64,000 nucleotides of DNA from positions 1,024,001-1,088,000 of the forward strand of contig OZ250165.1 of the NCBI GenBank assembly GCA_965238005.1. Reading direction: 5' to 3'. The position numbers were made by a program, and so were the translations under genes. Of this stretch, positions 15,579 to 26,535 are shown piece after piece; within the stretch, counting starts at the first letter, position 1; each line of letters opens with the position of its first letter. The stretch comes from Longimicrobiales bacterium. GTDB lineage: Bacteria; Gemmatimonadota; Gemmatimonadetes; Longimicrobiales; Gaopeijiaceae. The notes under the pieces were generated by a model. It saw nothing but the letters and a program-made list of their open reading frames with translations, was not told the DNA's origin and ran no database searches.

Positions 15579-16062
15579 GGGTGTCGAGGTCCACGTCGGC
15601 GCTCGGCAGGCCCTCGACCAGATCCGCGAGCTGCTCGCCATAGGAGGTGCGGATCGCCTCTGCCAGGGCGGAGGGGGCGGCAACCACGGCCTCGACGTGA
15701 CGGCCACTGCTGAAGCGGACCTCGCCCAGGGCGACCTGGTCGAGGGGATCGGAGACGGCCAGACGCAGAGTGCGACGGGTGGCGGACAGCGGCAGAACGG
15801 CTCTCGCTCGTGCGAAGTGACCCTCGATCAGACGGACCGCGTCCGGGTCCGGGGTCAGAGGGGCTTCGGCGAAAGGGAGCCTCAGCTGGGTGGCCAGCGT
15901 CTGTGCGACGGCCTCGTCGTCGACGTATCCCCGCCCTACGAGAATGTCACCGAGGCGGAGGCTCGACCCACCCTGCTCCTCCAGGGCGGCCTGGAGGTCT
16001 CGAGGCCTGAGTCTTCCGGAGTCGACGAGGAGCTGCCCGAGGGGCTTCGGTCGCGTCGCCAT
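15579..16062 (-). pseudogene. GspE/PilB N-terminal (MshEN-type) fragment truncated by IS481
   Basis: PLGQLLVDSG...RLGDILVGRG, LAVSDPLD; ATPase domain absent. Confidence 0.75.
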
Positions 16063-16185
16063 GAGGTAGGGTGGAGCCTGCGGCGGGGCACCCGAATGGC
16101 GGGAGCGGCACACCTTCACAGCCCGGAGGGCGGAGGCGCTCGAGTCAGCGCGCCGACCGGAGGAGGAGGCAACCGAATCGGAGCG

Positions 16186-17082
16186 TCAGGAGTCCAGCAG
16201 CTCCAGGACGAAGGGCGCCACGCCCACAATGGAGGAGGGAAGCCGGTCCGCCTCGGCGGCGGCGCCGACCAGGAGCCCAAGGGCAGGGTTCCGTGTGTGC
16301 CCCGCGGTGAGATCTTCGAGGTTGCCGTGATCGCTGGCCACCAGCAGCGAGGCGCTCTCGGGCAGACCGTCGACGACGGCCGCCAGGAACTGGTCTACTC
16401 GCTCCAGGGCCACTACTGCCGCCTCCGCGCTCCCCCGGTGACCGGCGTAGTCGGTGGAGTAGTGGGCGTAGAAGGTGAGATCCGCGGCGGCGGCGATGCG
16501 GGCCAGGTTCACGCCAGCTTCGGCAGGCGTGATCTGAGGCACCTCGCTGTGGCCCAGGCCGTCCCTCCATCCGGTGTTGACGATCTCGCTGGATACCGCA
16601 TCCCCCGAGGCGAGCTCGGCGGCGTGCCGGCGCAGGAGACCGGCGGCGTTGGCGGCCAGGGGTGGTGCGGCCGGGAAACGGGAGCGACGCCGCTCGAGAT
16701 ATCCCTCAGGGTAGGCGTTGGCGAAGGCCACGGAGTGGCCGGCCTCCTGAGCCCTGCTCATGATGTTCCTCTCGACGAGGAGCGGGCGCAGGCGCACCGG
16801 GGCCCAGGGCCCGAAGTGACGCCCGAACGCCAGCGCCGCGTTCTCGCCGGTCATCAGGGTGATCTGCCCAGTTCCGCTCTGAGGAATGCCATCGACGCCC
16901 AAGGTGGCGTCCAGAGGGATGGCCCGGCCCCGTGATCCCTCCACCAGCGGCTCGTCGAGAGTGGGCAACCGCCCACCCAAGAGCCCCTCCAGGCCGGGGA
17001 GCCGCGCCTGGAGGAAGGGGTTGCGACGGGGATCGGACGAGCCGATGCCGACCCCGTCGAGGAAGACGAAGAGGACGGACAT
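16186..17082 (-). CDS. Alkaline phosphatase superfamily metalloenzyme (phosphoglycerate mutase-like)
   Basis: FLDGVGIG, PQSGTGQ, TDYAGH, SDHGNLED, HTRNP. Confidence 0.8.
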   Translation of the reverse strand: MSVLFVFLDGVGIGSSDPRRNPFLQARLPGLEGLLGGRLPTLDEPLVEGSRGRAIPLDATLGVDGIPQSGTGQITLMTGENAALAFGRHFGPWAPVRLRPLLVERNIMSRAQEAGHSVAFANAYPEGYLERRRSRFPAAPPLAANAAGLLRRHAAELASGDAVSSEIVNTGWRDGLGHSEVPQITPAEAGVNLARIAAAADLTFYAHYSTDYAGHRGSAEAAVVALERVDQFLAAVVDGLPESASLLVASDHGNLEDLTAGHTRNPALGLLVGAAAEADRLPSSIVGVAPFVLELLDS

Positions 17083-17142
17083 GCTAGTGTTCCACGGATG
17101 CACCGTGCCCTCGACAGGCCGAGACACCTTGGCAACGGGACA

Positions 17143-17427
17143 CTAGAGCCCGAGACACGCGCGCGCGTCCTCCACGGCGAGCCCGGCGACGCGGACGACC
17201 TTCCTCTTGCCGCTGTGACCGCGGGTCACCTCGACGGAGCTTTTCGGAACGCCCAACACCTTCGCCATGACACGGATCAGCTCGGCGTTGGCGGCCCCGT
17301 CCACCGGGGGCGCTGCAAGGCGCACCTTGAGGGCGTCTCCGTGAAGGCCCACCACCTCCGAGCGGCTGGCCCGGGGCTGGGCGTGGATCGCGATCTCCAC
17401 GCCGCCTTCAAGCTCTCGGACCGTCAC
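17143..17427 (-). CDS. DUF167 (YggU/UPF0235) protein
   Basis: QPRASRSEV, APPVDGAANAEL, RGHSGKRK. Confidence 0.9.
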   Translation of the reverse strand: MTVRELEGGVEIAIHAQPRASRSEVVGLHGDALKVRLAAPPVDGAANAELIRVMAKVLGVPKSSVEVTRGHSGKRKVVRVAGLAVEDARACLGL

Positions 17428-17446
17428 GAGCGGGTCTCCTAGACTC

Positions 17447-17632
17447 TCACCGTGAGCGCCGGACGGCGTCGATCAGCTCCTGGGGCTGGAGGCGCTGCGG
17501 CGGCTGGGGGCCGAACCAGGAACGCAAGAGGGAGTCGGGGCGGGAGATGTCGAAGGCCATGAATACGCCCATGAGGATGAGCGCCAGGACGATCAAGACC
17601 CGCCCGAAGGCTCGCTTCCGTCCGGAGGGCAT
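17447..17632 (-). CDS. Small single-pass membrane protein
   Basis: One TM helix; operon-like spacing. Confidence 0.45.
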   Translation of the reverse strand: MPSGRKRAFGRVLIVLALILMGVFMAFDISRPDSLLRSWFGPQPPQRLQPQELIDAVRRSR

Positions 17633-17653
17633 GTCATCCCTGCCGAGGCCGGA

Positions 17654-18274
17654 CTACTCGACGGGTCGCACGTCCACGGGATGCACGTCCACGGGATGCA
17701 CGTCCACGGGATGCACGTCCACGGGTCGCACGTCCATCGTGACCTGAACGGCGACGTGGCCCATGTCTGCGCGATCCCGGAGGGCGTCTCGGATCCTCGG
17801 CTCCACTTTCTTGTACGCCGCTTTGACTCCGTCCCGGATCTCGAGCCGGAGCACCTTGAGGGCGTTGACGTCCGGGCGGCTCGTCTTCGTCTCCTTCCTC
17901 GCCTCTACCAGGCGGTCGGGGAGGACCTCGAAGGGGGCCATCCCCACGTCGTCGGGACGAGGAGAGTCGATATACTGAATGGCCACCGAGACATCACCGC
18001 GGGCGTGATGCGTGGGGATGTCACCCACGGCCCGGAAGTGGGATGCCAGCTTCCCGAGCTCCACGTTGGAGGCGGCCTTGGTGTAACTGCGCTCGACGAT
18101 GCCGAATATACGCCGCATGCGCTCCGGCGTTGTGGCGTCGATGTCGGGAACCTCCGTGTCGAGCTCTTTCCCGATGGCATGTCGATCCTGGCCTGCGTGA
18201 CCTTCCTCTTCCCGGCTTCGTTGCCGGTCGATGTTCTCCAGGATGCGATCAGGGTTCGTCCGAAGACCCATCAT
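17654..18274 (-). CDS. Hypothetical protein with C-terminal pentapeptide repeat
   Basis: Long ORF with RBS; DV(R/H)PV x5 encoded by a 15-bp tandem repeat. Confidence 0.6.
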   Translation of the reverse strand: MMGLRTNPDRILENIDRQRSREEEGHAGQDRHAIGKELDTEVPDIDATTPERMRRIFGIVERSYTKAASNVELGKLASHFRAVGDIPTHHARGDVSVAIQYIDSPRPDDVGMAPFEVLPDRLVEARKETKTSRPDVNALKVLRLEIRDGVKAAYKKVEPRIRDALRDRADMGHVAVQVTMDVRPVDVHPVDVHPVDVHPVDVRPVE

Positions 18275-18535
18275 CTCTCTCCATCATCACGGGAAGCCCC
18301 GTGGTCAGTGTCCCTTGAGTCATCAACGATAACCGGTGCGGTCGGCCGAGGCCAAGAGGACTCGGGTGACACGACCTGCGGGAAATCCGGACTTGTGACA
18401 CGGGAAGATTTCCTCGGAGGGAGTCGTAGCGTAGAATGGTCGCCGTAATCCCCGAGCGGGCCGCGGACTTCACCGCGACCCCCTCTCTCGTGACCGGCCT
18501 AGAAGAGTGATCGGCGCTTCTGGGGCGTCGACCCG

Positions 18536-21500
18536 TCAGTCGCCTCCGACCTCCAGGCCCGGCACACTCGTGGGCTCGTCGGTCCACCACCACAGAGGCT
18601 CCAGATCCCGCTCGACCGGATAGATCTCGTTGAGCGTGTCCCCCTCATACAACCGGCCGTTCTTCATCACCCACCGGATGGTCTTCGTATTGCGTATGTC
18701 GTCCAGGGGATTGGCGTCCAAAATGATCATGTCGGCGAGCTTGCCCGCCTCGATGGACCCGAGGTCCTGGTCGAGTCCGATGGCTTGAGCCCCGATGACT
18801 GTGGCCACCCTGAGGGCATCGTGCTCCGGGAGGCCACCCGACTGCATGGCCCACAGCTCCCAGTGGTACCCGAGACCCTGGAGCTGGCCATGGCTCCCGA
18901 CTCCCGCCTTGCCGCCGGCCGCCACTAGGGCGGCCACGAACTTGGCGTGATCCTGGAACACGTGCTCGTCTTCATGGAACCATCCGGCCGGTCCCGGGCT
19001 CGGTCCGCCTCCACGCCGCCGGGTGGCCACGTCCACCTCGGAGTGAGGCATGAATCGGCGGAGCTTGTCGTCGTCGTGCGGATTCTCACGCGTGTAGAAG
19101 TAGTTCTCCGCCCAGGGGCCCCCGTAGGAGACCAGGAGAGTCGGCGTGTAAGTGCGACCCGACTCGACGAAAAGCTTCACGAAGTCGTCGTACAGGGGAT
19201 ATACGGGGATCGAGTGCTCCAGCCCCGAGTACCCGTCGATGGTCTCCGTGAGGTTCTGCTTGACGTTTAGGGCTCCCTCGGTGGTCGGCATGATGCCCAT
19301 CTCGCGGGCCGCCATGACGATCAGCTGCCGCTGCTTCCGGTTCCCCGCCACGTACATCTTGAGCGTCTTCGTATCGTAGTAGTCGCTGTAACGCCTCATG
19401 ATGTCCCGGGCCTCGTCCAGATCGTCGATGTTGTGCTGGAAGAAGATCCCCGGTCCGGTGGAGTAGATACGGGGGCCCAGAACGTCGCCTGAGCGGACGA
19501 GATCGGAATACGTGAGGACGTCGGTCGTGGCCGTCTGCGGATCGCGGGTCGTCGTCACCCCGTGGGCGAGGTTGGCCAGGTAGACCCACTGATCCTTTCG
19601 GTGGATTCCCCACGACGGCCGCAGGTGGGCGTGGGTATCCACGAAGCCCGGGATGATTGTCTTGCCCGACACGTCGATGACTCTCGCGTCGTCGGGCAGG
19701 GCGATGGAGCCGCTTCGCGCCACACTCACGATCCGGTTGTCGCGGACCACGACGTCGGCGTTCTCGATCACCTCGTCGCCTCGCATGGTTATGACACGAG
19801 CGCCGCGGAGGACCGCAGAGCCTACGGGCAAATCACGCCGGGCGCTGATCGTGATCCGGAGCTCTCCGGCTTGGTAGCCGTCGTCCTCGGTCTCGTCGGC
19901 GGCCTTCACGCTGTCCTCATGCGCCGCGGCCGCGTCAAGGTCGTACACGAAGTGAGCATTCCCGAGAGACCAGTGAACGGTGCGCCCTCGCCGACCCCAC
20001 GCCGGGAACTCGCCTCCGAACCTCGTGAGCTTCCGTACGGGGAAGGACGCGTCGGAGGAGTCGGCCACGTTCACGGTCGGGGCGTCACCACCCACCATCG
20101 GTACCGTGAGCGTGTAGATCTGCCCGAGGATCGAGGCCATCGCCAGGTCTCCCGTCGGGGCCATGGTGACAGCCTCGGGCGACTGGCGTTGCTCGGATCC
20201 CGGCGATTTCTCGCCCCGCACCTTCACGCGGGTCTGCTCGTCGGTGCCGTCCCAGCGAACCGACACCAGTTCGTCGGGACTCTTGAAGAGGAAGATCCGC
20301 TCCCCGCTCTCCACGAAATGAGGGCCGCTTCGGTTCTCCATGGGCATGATGAGGGTGGCGTCGCCACCTTCGGCTGGAAGCCAGACGAGCTCGTTGGCCA
20401 CCCCCGTGGCCCTGGGGCTCGAGCTGGATTCGAAGGCCCAGGCAAAGCCTCGGACCGCGACGATTCTCTGTCCATCGGGGGCCCACGCCGGCGTCACGAA
20501 GATGCTCGGTTGGCGGCTGAGGCGGACCGGATCTTCCCCGCCGTCCGCCCGGACCTTGTAGAGGTGCCCGCCCGCCACCTCCGACCAGGAGGCGTATGCC
20601 AGCCATTCGCCGTCGGGAGACCAGGTGGGCATGTGCTCGGAGTCGTCCTCCCGTGTGATTCGACGCGGGTCGGAACCGTCGGCGTTCGCCACGTACAAGT
20701 GGTCCATGGCCGTGAATGCCAGCCGCGTGCCGTCAGGCGAAGGCACCGCGTCGCGGATCTGACGGACGGTGAAAGTCGGCGCGTCGCTCACCGGATAGTC
20801 GAAATCCACTTTAGGCCCGATCTCGAGGTCGAAGCGGACGCGGAAGGGGATCTCCTCGGCATGGCTTCCGTCGTCCAAGACCGGAATCCTCCAGATCTTT
20901 CCGCCATACGACGCTACGACCGCTCGCGAGTCGGGGGTGAAGCTCATGCCCGGAAGTGCGTCCAACGCGGCCCGGGACTCTTGATCGTCGCGCTGAACGG
21001 GATAGGCCAGCCAGCGCTCGGCACCGGTCTGCAGGTCCCGGAGCACGAGTCCCGTGTGCTCGTCGTGCCGTGTGCCGTAGACCAGCCACTCCCCGTCGGG
21101 AGATAGGGTGGGTCGGATCGCGCCACCGTAGCGCGAGACCCGGGTGTAGCTTTGGCCGGTCTCCCGGTCGTAGGCGCGCAAACGGTAAAGAGGGAACTGC
21201 GCGTTGTAGTCCCAGTCCCTGGCCGAGGTCCGCTCCGAGTACCACACCCAGCGCGGGTCGGGACCGAACGCGGCACCTATGGTCTTGGGCGGGTTCTCGC
21301 CCCGGATGAGGTCGGCTCCCGAGCCCCCGTCGATGTGGAACAGGTGGAGCTTGGGCAGCCCGTCTCCCCGGAAGCCCCCCATGCTCGCCACCACGTACGA
21401 GCCGTCTGGCGACCACTCGGGTGACTCGGCCCGATTGGCCTTACCATTGGAGACCTGGGTGGTGTCGTTCCCGTCCAACGACATGATCCAGATGTTCTGC

Positions 21501-21886
21501 CCACCGTCCCGGTCCGAAGTGAACACCACCCTGTTTCCGTCTGGGGAAAAGCGGGGCTGGGCGTCGAAGGCCATGCCAGAAGTGATCTGGGTGGCCTCGC
21601 CCCCGCTGGACGGGATGGTGAACAGGTCCCCCAGGTAGTCGAAGACGATGGTCTGCCCGTCGGGACTGACGTCCACCGAAAGCCACGATCCCGCGGTCAT
21701 GTCGAAGTGAACGATCCGATTGTCCTTGCCCCCCTCCAGTGGAAGACTTCCGTTCTCTGGATTCTCTTCTTCGACCTCCTGGTCCTGAAGCGCCAGAGCG
21801 GGCATCTTTCCGGGTCCGAAGAGAGCTGCTGCCGCGAGAGCCAATGGAGCTCCCGTCCGCCATGCACGACACATCGACCCCTCCAT
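18536..21886 (-). CDS. Amidohydrolase with N-terminal TolB/PD40 beta-propeller
   Basis: Repeated SPDG/PD40 motifs; PGFVDTHAH; GSIEAGKLAD. Confidence 0.9.
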   Translation of the reverse strand: MEGSMCRAWRTGAPLALAAAALFGPGKMPALALQDQEVEEENPENGSLPLEGGKDNRIVHFDMTAGSWLSVDVSPDGQTIVFDYLGDLFTIPSSGGEATQITSGMAFDAQPRFSPDGNRVVFTSDRDGGQNIWIMSLDGNDTTQVSNGKANRAESPEWSPDGSYVVASMGGFRGDGLPKLHLFHIDGGSGADLIRGENPPKTIGAAFGPDPRWVWYSERTSARDWDYNAQFPLYRLRAYDRETGQSYTRVSRYGGAIRPTLSPDGEWLVYGTRHDEHTGLVLRDLQTGAERWLAYPVQRDDQESRAALDALPGMSFTPDSRAVVASYGGKIWRIPVLDDGSHAEEIPFRVRFDLEIGPKVDFDYPVSDAPTFTVRQIRDAVPSPDGTRLAFTAMDHLYVANADGSDPRRITREDDSEHMPTWSPDGEWLAYASWSEVAGGHLYKVRADGGEDPVRLSRQPSIFVTPAWAPDGQRIVAVRGFAWAFESSSSPRATGVANELVWLPAEGGDATLIMPMENRSGPHFVESGERIFLFKSPDELVSVRWDGTDEQTRVKVRGEKSPGSEQRQSPEAVTMAPTGDLAMASILGQIYTLTVPMVGGDAPTVNVADSSDASFPVRKLTRFGGEFPAWGRRGRTVHWSLGNAHFVYDLDAAAAHEDSVKAADETEDDGYQAGELRITISARRDLPVGSAVLRGARVITMRGDEVIENADVVVRDNRIVSVARSGSIALPDDARVIDVSGKTIIPGFVDTHAHLRPSWGIHRKDQWVYLANLAHGVTTTRDPQTATTDVLTYSDLVRSGDVLGPRIYSTGPGIFFQHNIDDLDEARDIMRRYSDYYDTKTLKMYVAGNRKQRQLIVMAAREMGIMPTTEGALNVKQNLTETIDGYSGLEHSIPVYPLYDDFVKLFVESGRTYTPTLLVSYGGPWAENYFYTRENPHDDDKLRRFMPHSEVDVATRRRGGGPSPGPAGWFHEDEHVFQDHAKFVAALVAAGGKAGVGSHGQLQGLGYHWELWAMQSGGLPEHDALRVATVIGAQAIGLDQDLGSIEAGKLADMIILDANPLDDIRNTKTIRWVMKNGRLYEGDTLNEIYPVERDLEPLWWWTDEPTSVPGLEVGGD

Positions 21887-21990
21887 TTCTCGGTACGTCC
21901 CCTGCGTTGGACTCGCCTTGCGAGCCCGGGGGGGCCAGAATAATCGGAGGACCACGTCAGTATGGCAAAAGAGAGGAGCTTGAGGGGAGC

Positions 21991-22257
21991 GTGGAGGACA
22001 TCCCTCCCGACATGGGTGAGGACGCGACCCAGGAGGCTCCCTTTCCGAGCCTGCTCAGCCGTTACGTCCAGGTCTTCGTTTCGCCCGGAGCCCTGTTCGA
22101 CCGACTCGTCGAGCGACCCGCGTGGGGTGGTGCCATGGTCCTGGGGGCGGCGTTGGTACTGGCGGGTGCGGTCCTCGTGCCGGCGGAGCTTTACGTGGCC
22201 GCGTTCCGCCAGCGTCTGCTCTCTTGCTCCTCATTCCTGTCGGCATCGCTGCCGTGA
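21991..22257 (+). pseudogene. Yip1-domain membrane protein fragment
   Basis: RYVQVFVSPGALFDRL..RPAW; breaks off after ~70 aa. Confidence 0.55.
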
Positions 22258-22322
22258 TCGCGATCTTCACCGGGTGAGGGACGATCGTCTGGTAGACCTC
22301 CGCGCCTGAGACGGCGACCGAG

Positions 22323-24158
22323 GTGACGAAGCGGAGCCTGGCCGGGCGAGCCATCATCGTGGTGGCCGCGGCTGCTGCCCTCTTCCACCTCTACGCCGCC
22401 GGGATCTCGCCCTTCACGGCGCTCGTGCAGAGGCCGGTCCACCTGGCCCTCATGGCCGCCCTGGGATTTCTCGGCGTCGGCATCCGCTCCGGGGAACCAT
22501 CGCGAGAGGGGCGTCCCAGGCGACGACTGCGCACCCTGGTCTCGTGGACTCTGGGGTCCGCGGTGGTGGCGTCGTGCATCTATCTGGTCACCCAGCACGA
22601 GATGCTGGTTCTCCGCTCGGCATCGCCGACCACCTTGGACCTGATCACCGGGATCGTGACCATCGTGGTCATCCTCGAGCTCGCCCGTCGATTCACCGGT
22701 TGGGGGCTGGTAGTGGTCTGCCTGATGGCGTTGGTCTACGCGATCTCGGGTCCGTACCTGCCGGGTGCGCTCGCCCATCGAGGTTACGGCGCAACCCGGC
22801 TCGTGGAGCACCTCTACCTGTCCACGGAAGGGGTCTGGGGCATCCCACTCGGGGTCTCCGCCGACTTCGTCTACCTCTTCGTCCTGTTCGGCGCCGTTCT
22901 GGATGTGGCCGGGGGAGGAGCCCTCCTCATCAGCCTCGCCGACCGGGTGGCGGGGAGGACCCGTGGCGGTCCCGCCAAGACCGCCGCGGTCGCCAGCGCC
23001 CTCATGGGCTCTCTGTCGGGGAGCGCCGTGGCCAACGTCGCGACCACAGGCACGTTCACGATCCCCCTCATGCGGCGCGCCGGCTTCAAGCCGTTCTTCG
23101 CGGGAGCCATCGAGGCGGCTGCGAGCACGGGCGGCCAGCTCATGCCCCCTATCATGGGAGCCGGGGCCTTCATCCTGGCCACCTGGACCAGCATTCCGTA
23201 CACCCAGGTCGCTGTGGCCGCAGCGATTCCGGCGGCGCTGTACTACGTGGCCCTCCTCATGGCCATCCACTTCAGAGCCGGGAAGACCGGGTTGGAGCCT
23301 TCAGGCGGAGCGGGCGGTGAGCCCGTCCTCCCGCGCATCCATCTCCTGTTGCCGCTCGTGGTCATCGTCGCCGTCCTGGTCATGGGGCGCTCACCCATGC
23401 GGGCGGCGTTCTGGGGCGTCGTTTCGGCCTGGGTGGTGACGTGGGTCCGCAAGGACACACGTCTTGGCCTCCCATCCTTGAGCCGAGCGCTGGAGTCGGG
23501 AGCCAGGGGGTCCGTGCAGGTGGCGGTGGCGTGTGCCGCCGCAGGCATCGTGGTGGGCGTGGCCTCCCTCACGGGCATTGGCCTGCGCATGTCGGAGCTG
23601 ATCGTCACCCTCTCGGGGGGACACCTGCTCGGAGCGCTGGTGCTCACCGCCCTGGGCTCCATCGTGCTGGGGATGGGCCTCCCGACCACCGCCGCCTATG
23701 TGGTCCTGGCGGCCCTGGGCGCTCCCGCTCTCACGCAGCTGGGGGTGCCGCTGCTGTCGGCACACCTCTTCATCTTCTACTTCGGCTGCATCTCGAACGT
23801 GACGCCGCCCGTCTCGCTGGCGGCATATGCCGCCGCGGGCATCGCCGACGCTCCGGCCGTCAAGACGGCGCTCACGGCCATGGTACTCGCATCCGCCGGC
23901 TTCATGGTGCCGTTCATGTTCGTGTACGTTCCGGAGCTACTCCTGCAGGGCACATGGGTGGGCATCACAGTGGCGTTCGGCACGGCGTGCGCGGGAGTGA
24001 CGGCAATCGCCGCTGCAGGAATGGGGTTCGCGCGCCGATCCTTGAGCCCGCTGGAGAGAGTCGTGCTAGCCGCCGCCGCGATCGCGCTCATGATGCCGGG
24101 ACTCGCAACGGACGGGTTCGGAATGCTTGCTTTGGCGGTTATCGTTTCTAGGAAGTAG
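22323..24158 (+). CDS. TRAP (TAXI-type) fused permease
   Basis: GGPAK, SGSAVANV, EAAASTGGQLMPPIMG, GMGLPTTAAY, TPPV. Confidence 0.92.
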   Translation: MTKRSLAGRAIIVVAAAAALFHLYAAGISPFTALVQRPVHLALMAALGFLGVGIRSGEPSREGRPRRRLRTLVSWTLGSAVVASCIYLVTQHEMLVLRSASPTTLDLITGIVTIVVILELARRFTGWGLVVVCLMALVYAISGPYLPGALAHRGYGATRLVEHLYLSTEGVWGIPLGVSADFVYLFVLFGAVLDVAGGGALLISLADRVAGRTRGGPAKTAAVASALMGSLSGSAVANVATTGTFTIPLMRRAGFKPFFAGAIEAAASTGGQLMPPIMGAGAFILATWTSIPYTQVAVAAAIPAALYYVALLMAIHFRAGKTGLEPSGGAGGEPVLPRIHLLLPLVVIVAVLVMGRSPMRAAFWGVVSAWVVTWVRKDTRLGLPSLSRALESGARGSVQVAVACAAAGIVVGVASLTGIGLRMSELIVTLSGGHLLGALVLTALGSIVLGMGLPTTAAYVVLAALGAPALTQLGVPLLSAHLFIFYFGCISNVTPPVSLAAYAAAGIADAPAVKTALTAMVLASAGFMVPFMFVYVPELLLQGTWVGITVAFGTACAGVTAIAAAGMGFARRSLSPLERVVLAAAAIALMMPGLATDGFGMLALAVIVSRK

Positions 24159-24164
24159 CGAGAG

Positions 24165-25166
24165 GTGCACTTGGACAGCGGCCTGGGGGACAGGATCGAG
24201 TCGACCAAACACACCGCGAGGCGTAGTCCGGCTCGCAGCCTCGTCTTAGGGCTCGTGGCCCTTCTGGCCTCGGGTTGTAGCGGTGAGAGCTCCGGCCCGG
24301 CTCGATTCCTGAGCATCGGGACGGGGGGGACCGGCGGGATCTACTATCCGCTGGGTGGAGCCATCGCCAGCCTCTTGTCGTTGGCGGACTCCACCCGCAC
24401 GTATACCGCAGAGGTCACCGGTGGCGCGGTGGAGAACATCAACCGCATCCGTGCGGGCCAGATCGACCTGGCGTTCTCCACGGCCAACACGATCTACGAT
24501 GCGTACTTCGGCAGCCCGGACTTCGGCGAGCCCATGGAGGACCTTCGGATCGTTGCGCCCCTTTATCCGAACTTCACCCATATCCTCGTCTCCGCCAACT
24601 CGGAGGCACAGTCCGTGGCGGACTTCCGGGGACTGAAGGTCTCGGTGGGAGCGCCGGGCAGTGGAACGGAGCAGATGTCGCGGAAGATCCTCGAGGTGCA
24701 GGGCCTCACCTACGAAGACGTGGAGGTTCGCTACCTCACCTTCACCGAGTCGGCGGTAGCGCTGAAGGATCGCGCCATCGACGCGGCCATCATGAGTGTG
24801 GGGTATCCGGCGGCCGCCGTTCTGGAGGCGACCACGACGGGGGGGGTACGGCTCCTGCCCCTGGCCTCTGATCGCATCCAGGAGCTCATGAGGCTATACC
24901 CGTACTTCGACGCGGGGGAGATGCCCGCCGGAGTGTATCCCGGCGTGGACGAGTCTCTTCCGACGGCGGTGCTGCTGAACTGGGTCGTGGCGCCCGAGCG
25001 GCTGTCGAACGACGTCGTAGTGAGTGTGCTGAACGTTTTGACGGAGGAGCGTGTCACGTTGGAGCGGGTTCACAACATGGCCCGCCAGATCGATCTCGAT
25101 TACTTGCAAGATTCTCCCATTCCGTTTCACCCCGGGACGGAGAGATGGTGGATAGAAGGACGATGA
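24165..25166 (+). CDS. TAXI family TRAP solute-binding lipoprotein
   Basis: IGTGGTGGIYYPLG, VGAPGSGTE, PFHPG. Confidence 0.92.
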   Translation: MHLDSGLGDRIESTKHTARRSPARSLVLGLVALLASGCSGESSGPARFLSIGTGGTGGIYYPLGGAIASLLSLADSTRTYTAEVTGGAVENINRIRAGQIDLAFSTANTIYDAYFGSPDFGEPMEDLRIVAPLYPNFTHILVSANSEAQSVADFRGLKVSVGAPGSGTEQMSRKILEVQGLTYEDVEVRYLTFTESAVALKDRAIDAAIMSVGYPAAAVLEATTTGGVRLLPLASDRIQELMRLYPYFDAGEMPAGVYPGVDESLPTAVLLNWVVAPERLSNDVVVSVLNVLTEERVTLERVHNMARQIDLDYLQDSPIPFHPGTERWWIEGR

Positions 25167-25227
25167 GCGAACGTTCTGCCTTGCTATCCGTCCGGCCGGC
25201 GTTCACGGCGGGTTACCGACTGGGGCG

Positions 25228-26355
25228 GTGAGCCCTTTGGGTGAGCCCGCCGTCCTCTCCTGCCAGCGGGAAGCCTTCAGCCTTCCCGACGAAGTCCACT
25301 ACCTGAACTGCGCCTACTTCAGCCCCCTTCCCAAGGCCACCGAAGAAGCCGGCATAGGCGGGATCCTGCAGAAGCGTAGACCCATGGTGGTCCAGGCCCC
25401 GGATTTCTTCACAGAGAGCGATCGTGCACGTGAGCTGTTCGCCCGCCTCGTGGGAGTCTCCGAACCGAACCGGATCGCGATCATCCCGTCCGCTTCGTAC
25501 GGAGTGGCGGTGGCGGCCCGCAACCTTGCGGTGGAGCAGGGGCAGAACATCGTGCTGCTCCACGAGCAGTTTCCCGGCAACGTCTACGCGTGGAGGCGGA
25601 AGGCCGACGAGTCGGGAGCCCAGGTCCGCACGGTCGTGCCGCCCGACGGCCCGTGTCGCGGCTCCGCCTGGAACGAGCGCCTCCTGGAGGCCATCGACGT
25701 GGACACGGCGGTTGTCACCGTGCCCCACGTCCACTGGACCGACGGCACGGTCTTCGACCTTCCGGCCGTGGGGGCACGGGCTCGGGAGGTGGGCGCCGCT
25801 CTGGTCGTCGACGCCACACAGTCGGTGGGCGCCATGCCCTTCGACGTGGGGGACATCCAGCCTGATGCCCTCATTGTAGCCGGCTACAAGTGGCTCTTGG
25901 GACCCTACTCCATCGGCGCGGCCTACCTGGGATCCCGCTTCGACGACGGCATTGCTCTCGAAGAGACCTGGATCGGGCGCGAGCGGAGTGAAGAGTTCCA
26001 GCACTTGGTGGATTACCAGTCGACCTACCAGCCCGGTGCCATCCGGTACGACGTCGGGGAAAGATCGAACTTCATCCTCGTCCCCATGTTCGTTGCCTCC
26101 CTCGGCCTGGTCCTGGAGTGGACTCCGGAGGGGGTACGGGACTACTGCCGCCGGCTCGGGGAGACGCTCATCAGGGAGGCGGTCTCCATCGGATTCTCCC
26201 TGGAGCAGGACGAGTGGCGTGCGGCGCACCTATTCGGCCTGCGCATGCCCGAGGGCCTCGAGCTGACGGCCTTAAAAGCCGAGCTGGAGGCCCGGAAGAT
26301 CTTCGTGTCGCTGCGGGGGAGCGCCCTGATCGACGCCCTGAGGGCCGTGGTCTAG
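25228..26355 (+). CDS. Class V PLP aminotransferase/cysteine desulfurase-like; C-terminus probably shortened
   Basis: YLNCAY, VDATQSVG, GYKWLLGP; the usual R.SPH.YN segment is missing after SLRGSA. Confidence 0.8.
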   Translation: MSPLGEPAVLSCQREAFSLPDEVHYLNCAYFSPLPKATEEAGIGGILQKRRPMVVQAPDFFTESDRARELFARLVGVSEPNRIAIIPSASYGVAVAARNLAVEQGQNIVLLHEQFPGNVYAWRRKADESGAQVRTVVPPDGPCRGSAWNERLLEAIDVDTAVVTVPHVHWTDGTVFDLPAVGARAREVGAALVVDATQSVGAMPFDVGDIQPDALIVAGYKWLLGPYSIGAAYLGSRFDDGIALEETWIGRERSEEFQHLVDYQSTYQPGAIRYDVGERSNFILVPMFVASLGLVLEWTPEGVRDYCRRLGETLIREAVSIGFSLEQDEWRAAHLFGLRMPEGLELTALKAELEARKIFVSLRGSALIDALRAVV

Positions 26356-26535
26356 GTCGACTTCCTGTATCACGACCCGGTCATCGCCCGCTCCGCGTTG
26401 ACCCGGATTTAACGCTCGGTCCCCCAACGAGGTCTCCCTTGTCATGGGGAGAGACGGAGGGGGCCGCGCGCACGGCATGTCGCCGTCGCTCGGAACACGT
26501 CCATCGATCACCCGAATACGGACGAGGAGAGAGCG

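Noticed and set aside
17660..17737. 15-bp tandem repeat at the end of a hypothetical gene
   Set aside because: Simple in-frame slippage expansion with no further structure.
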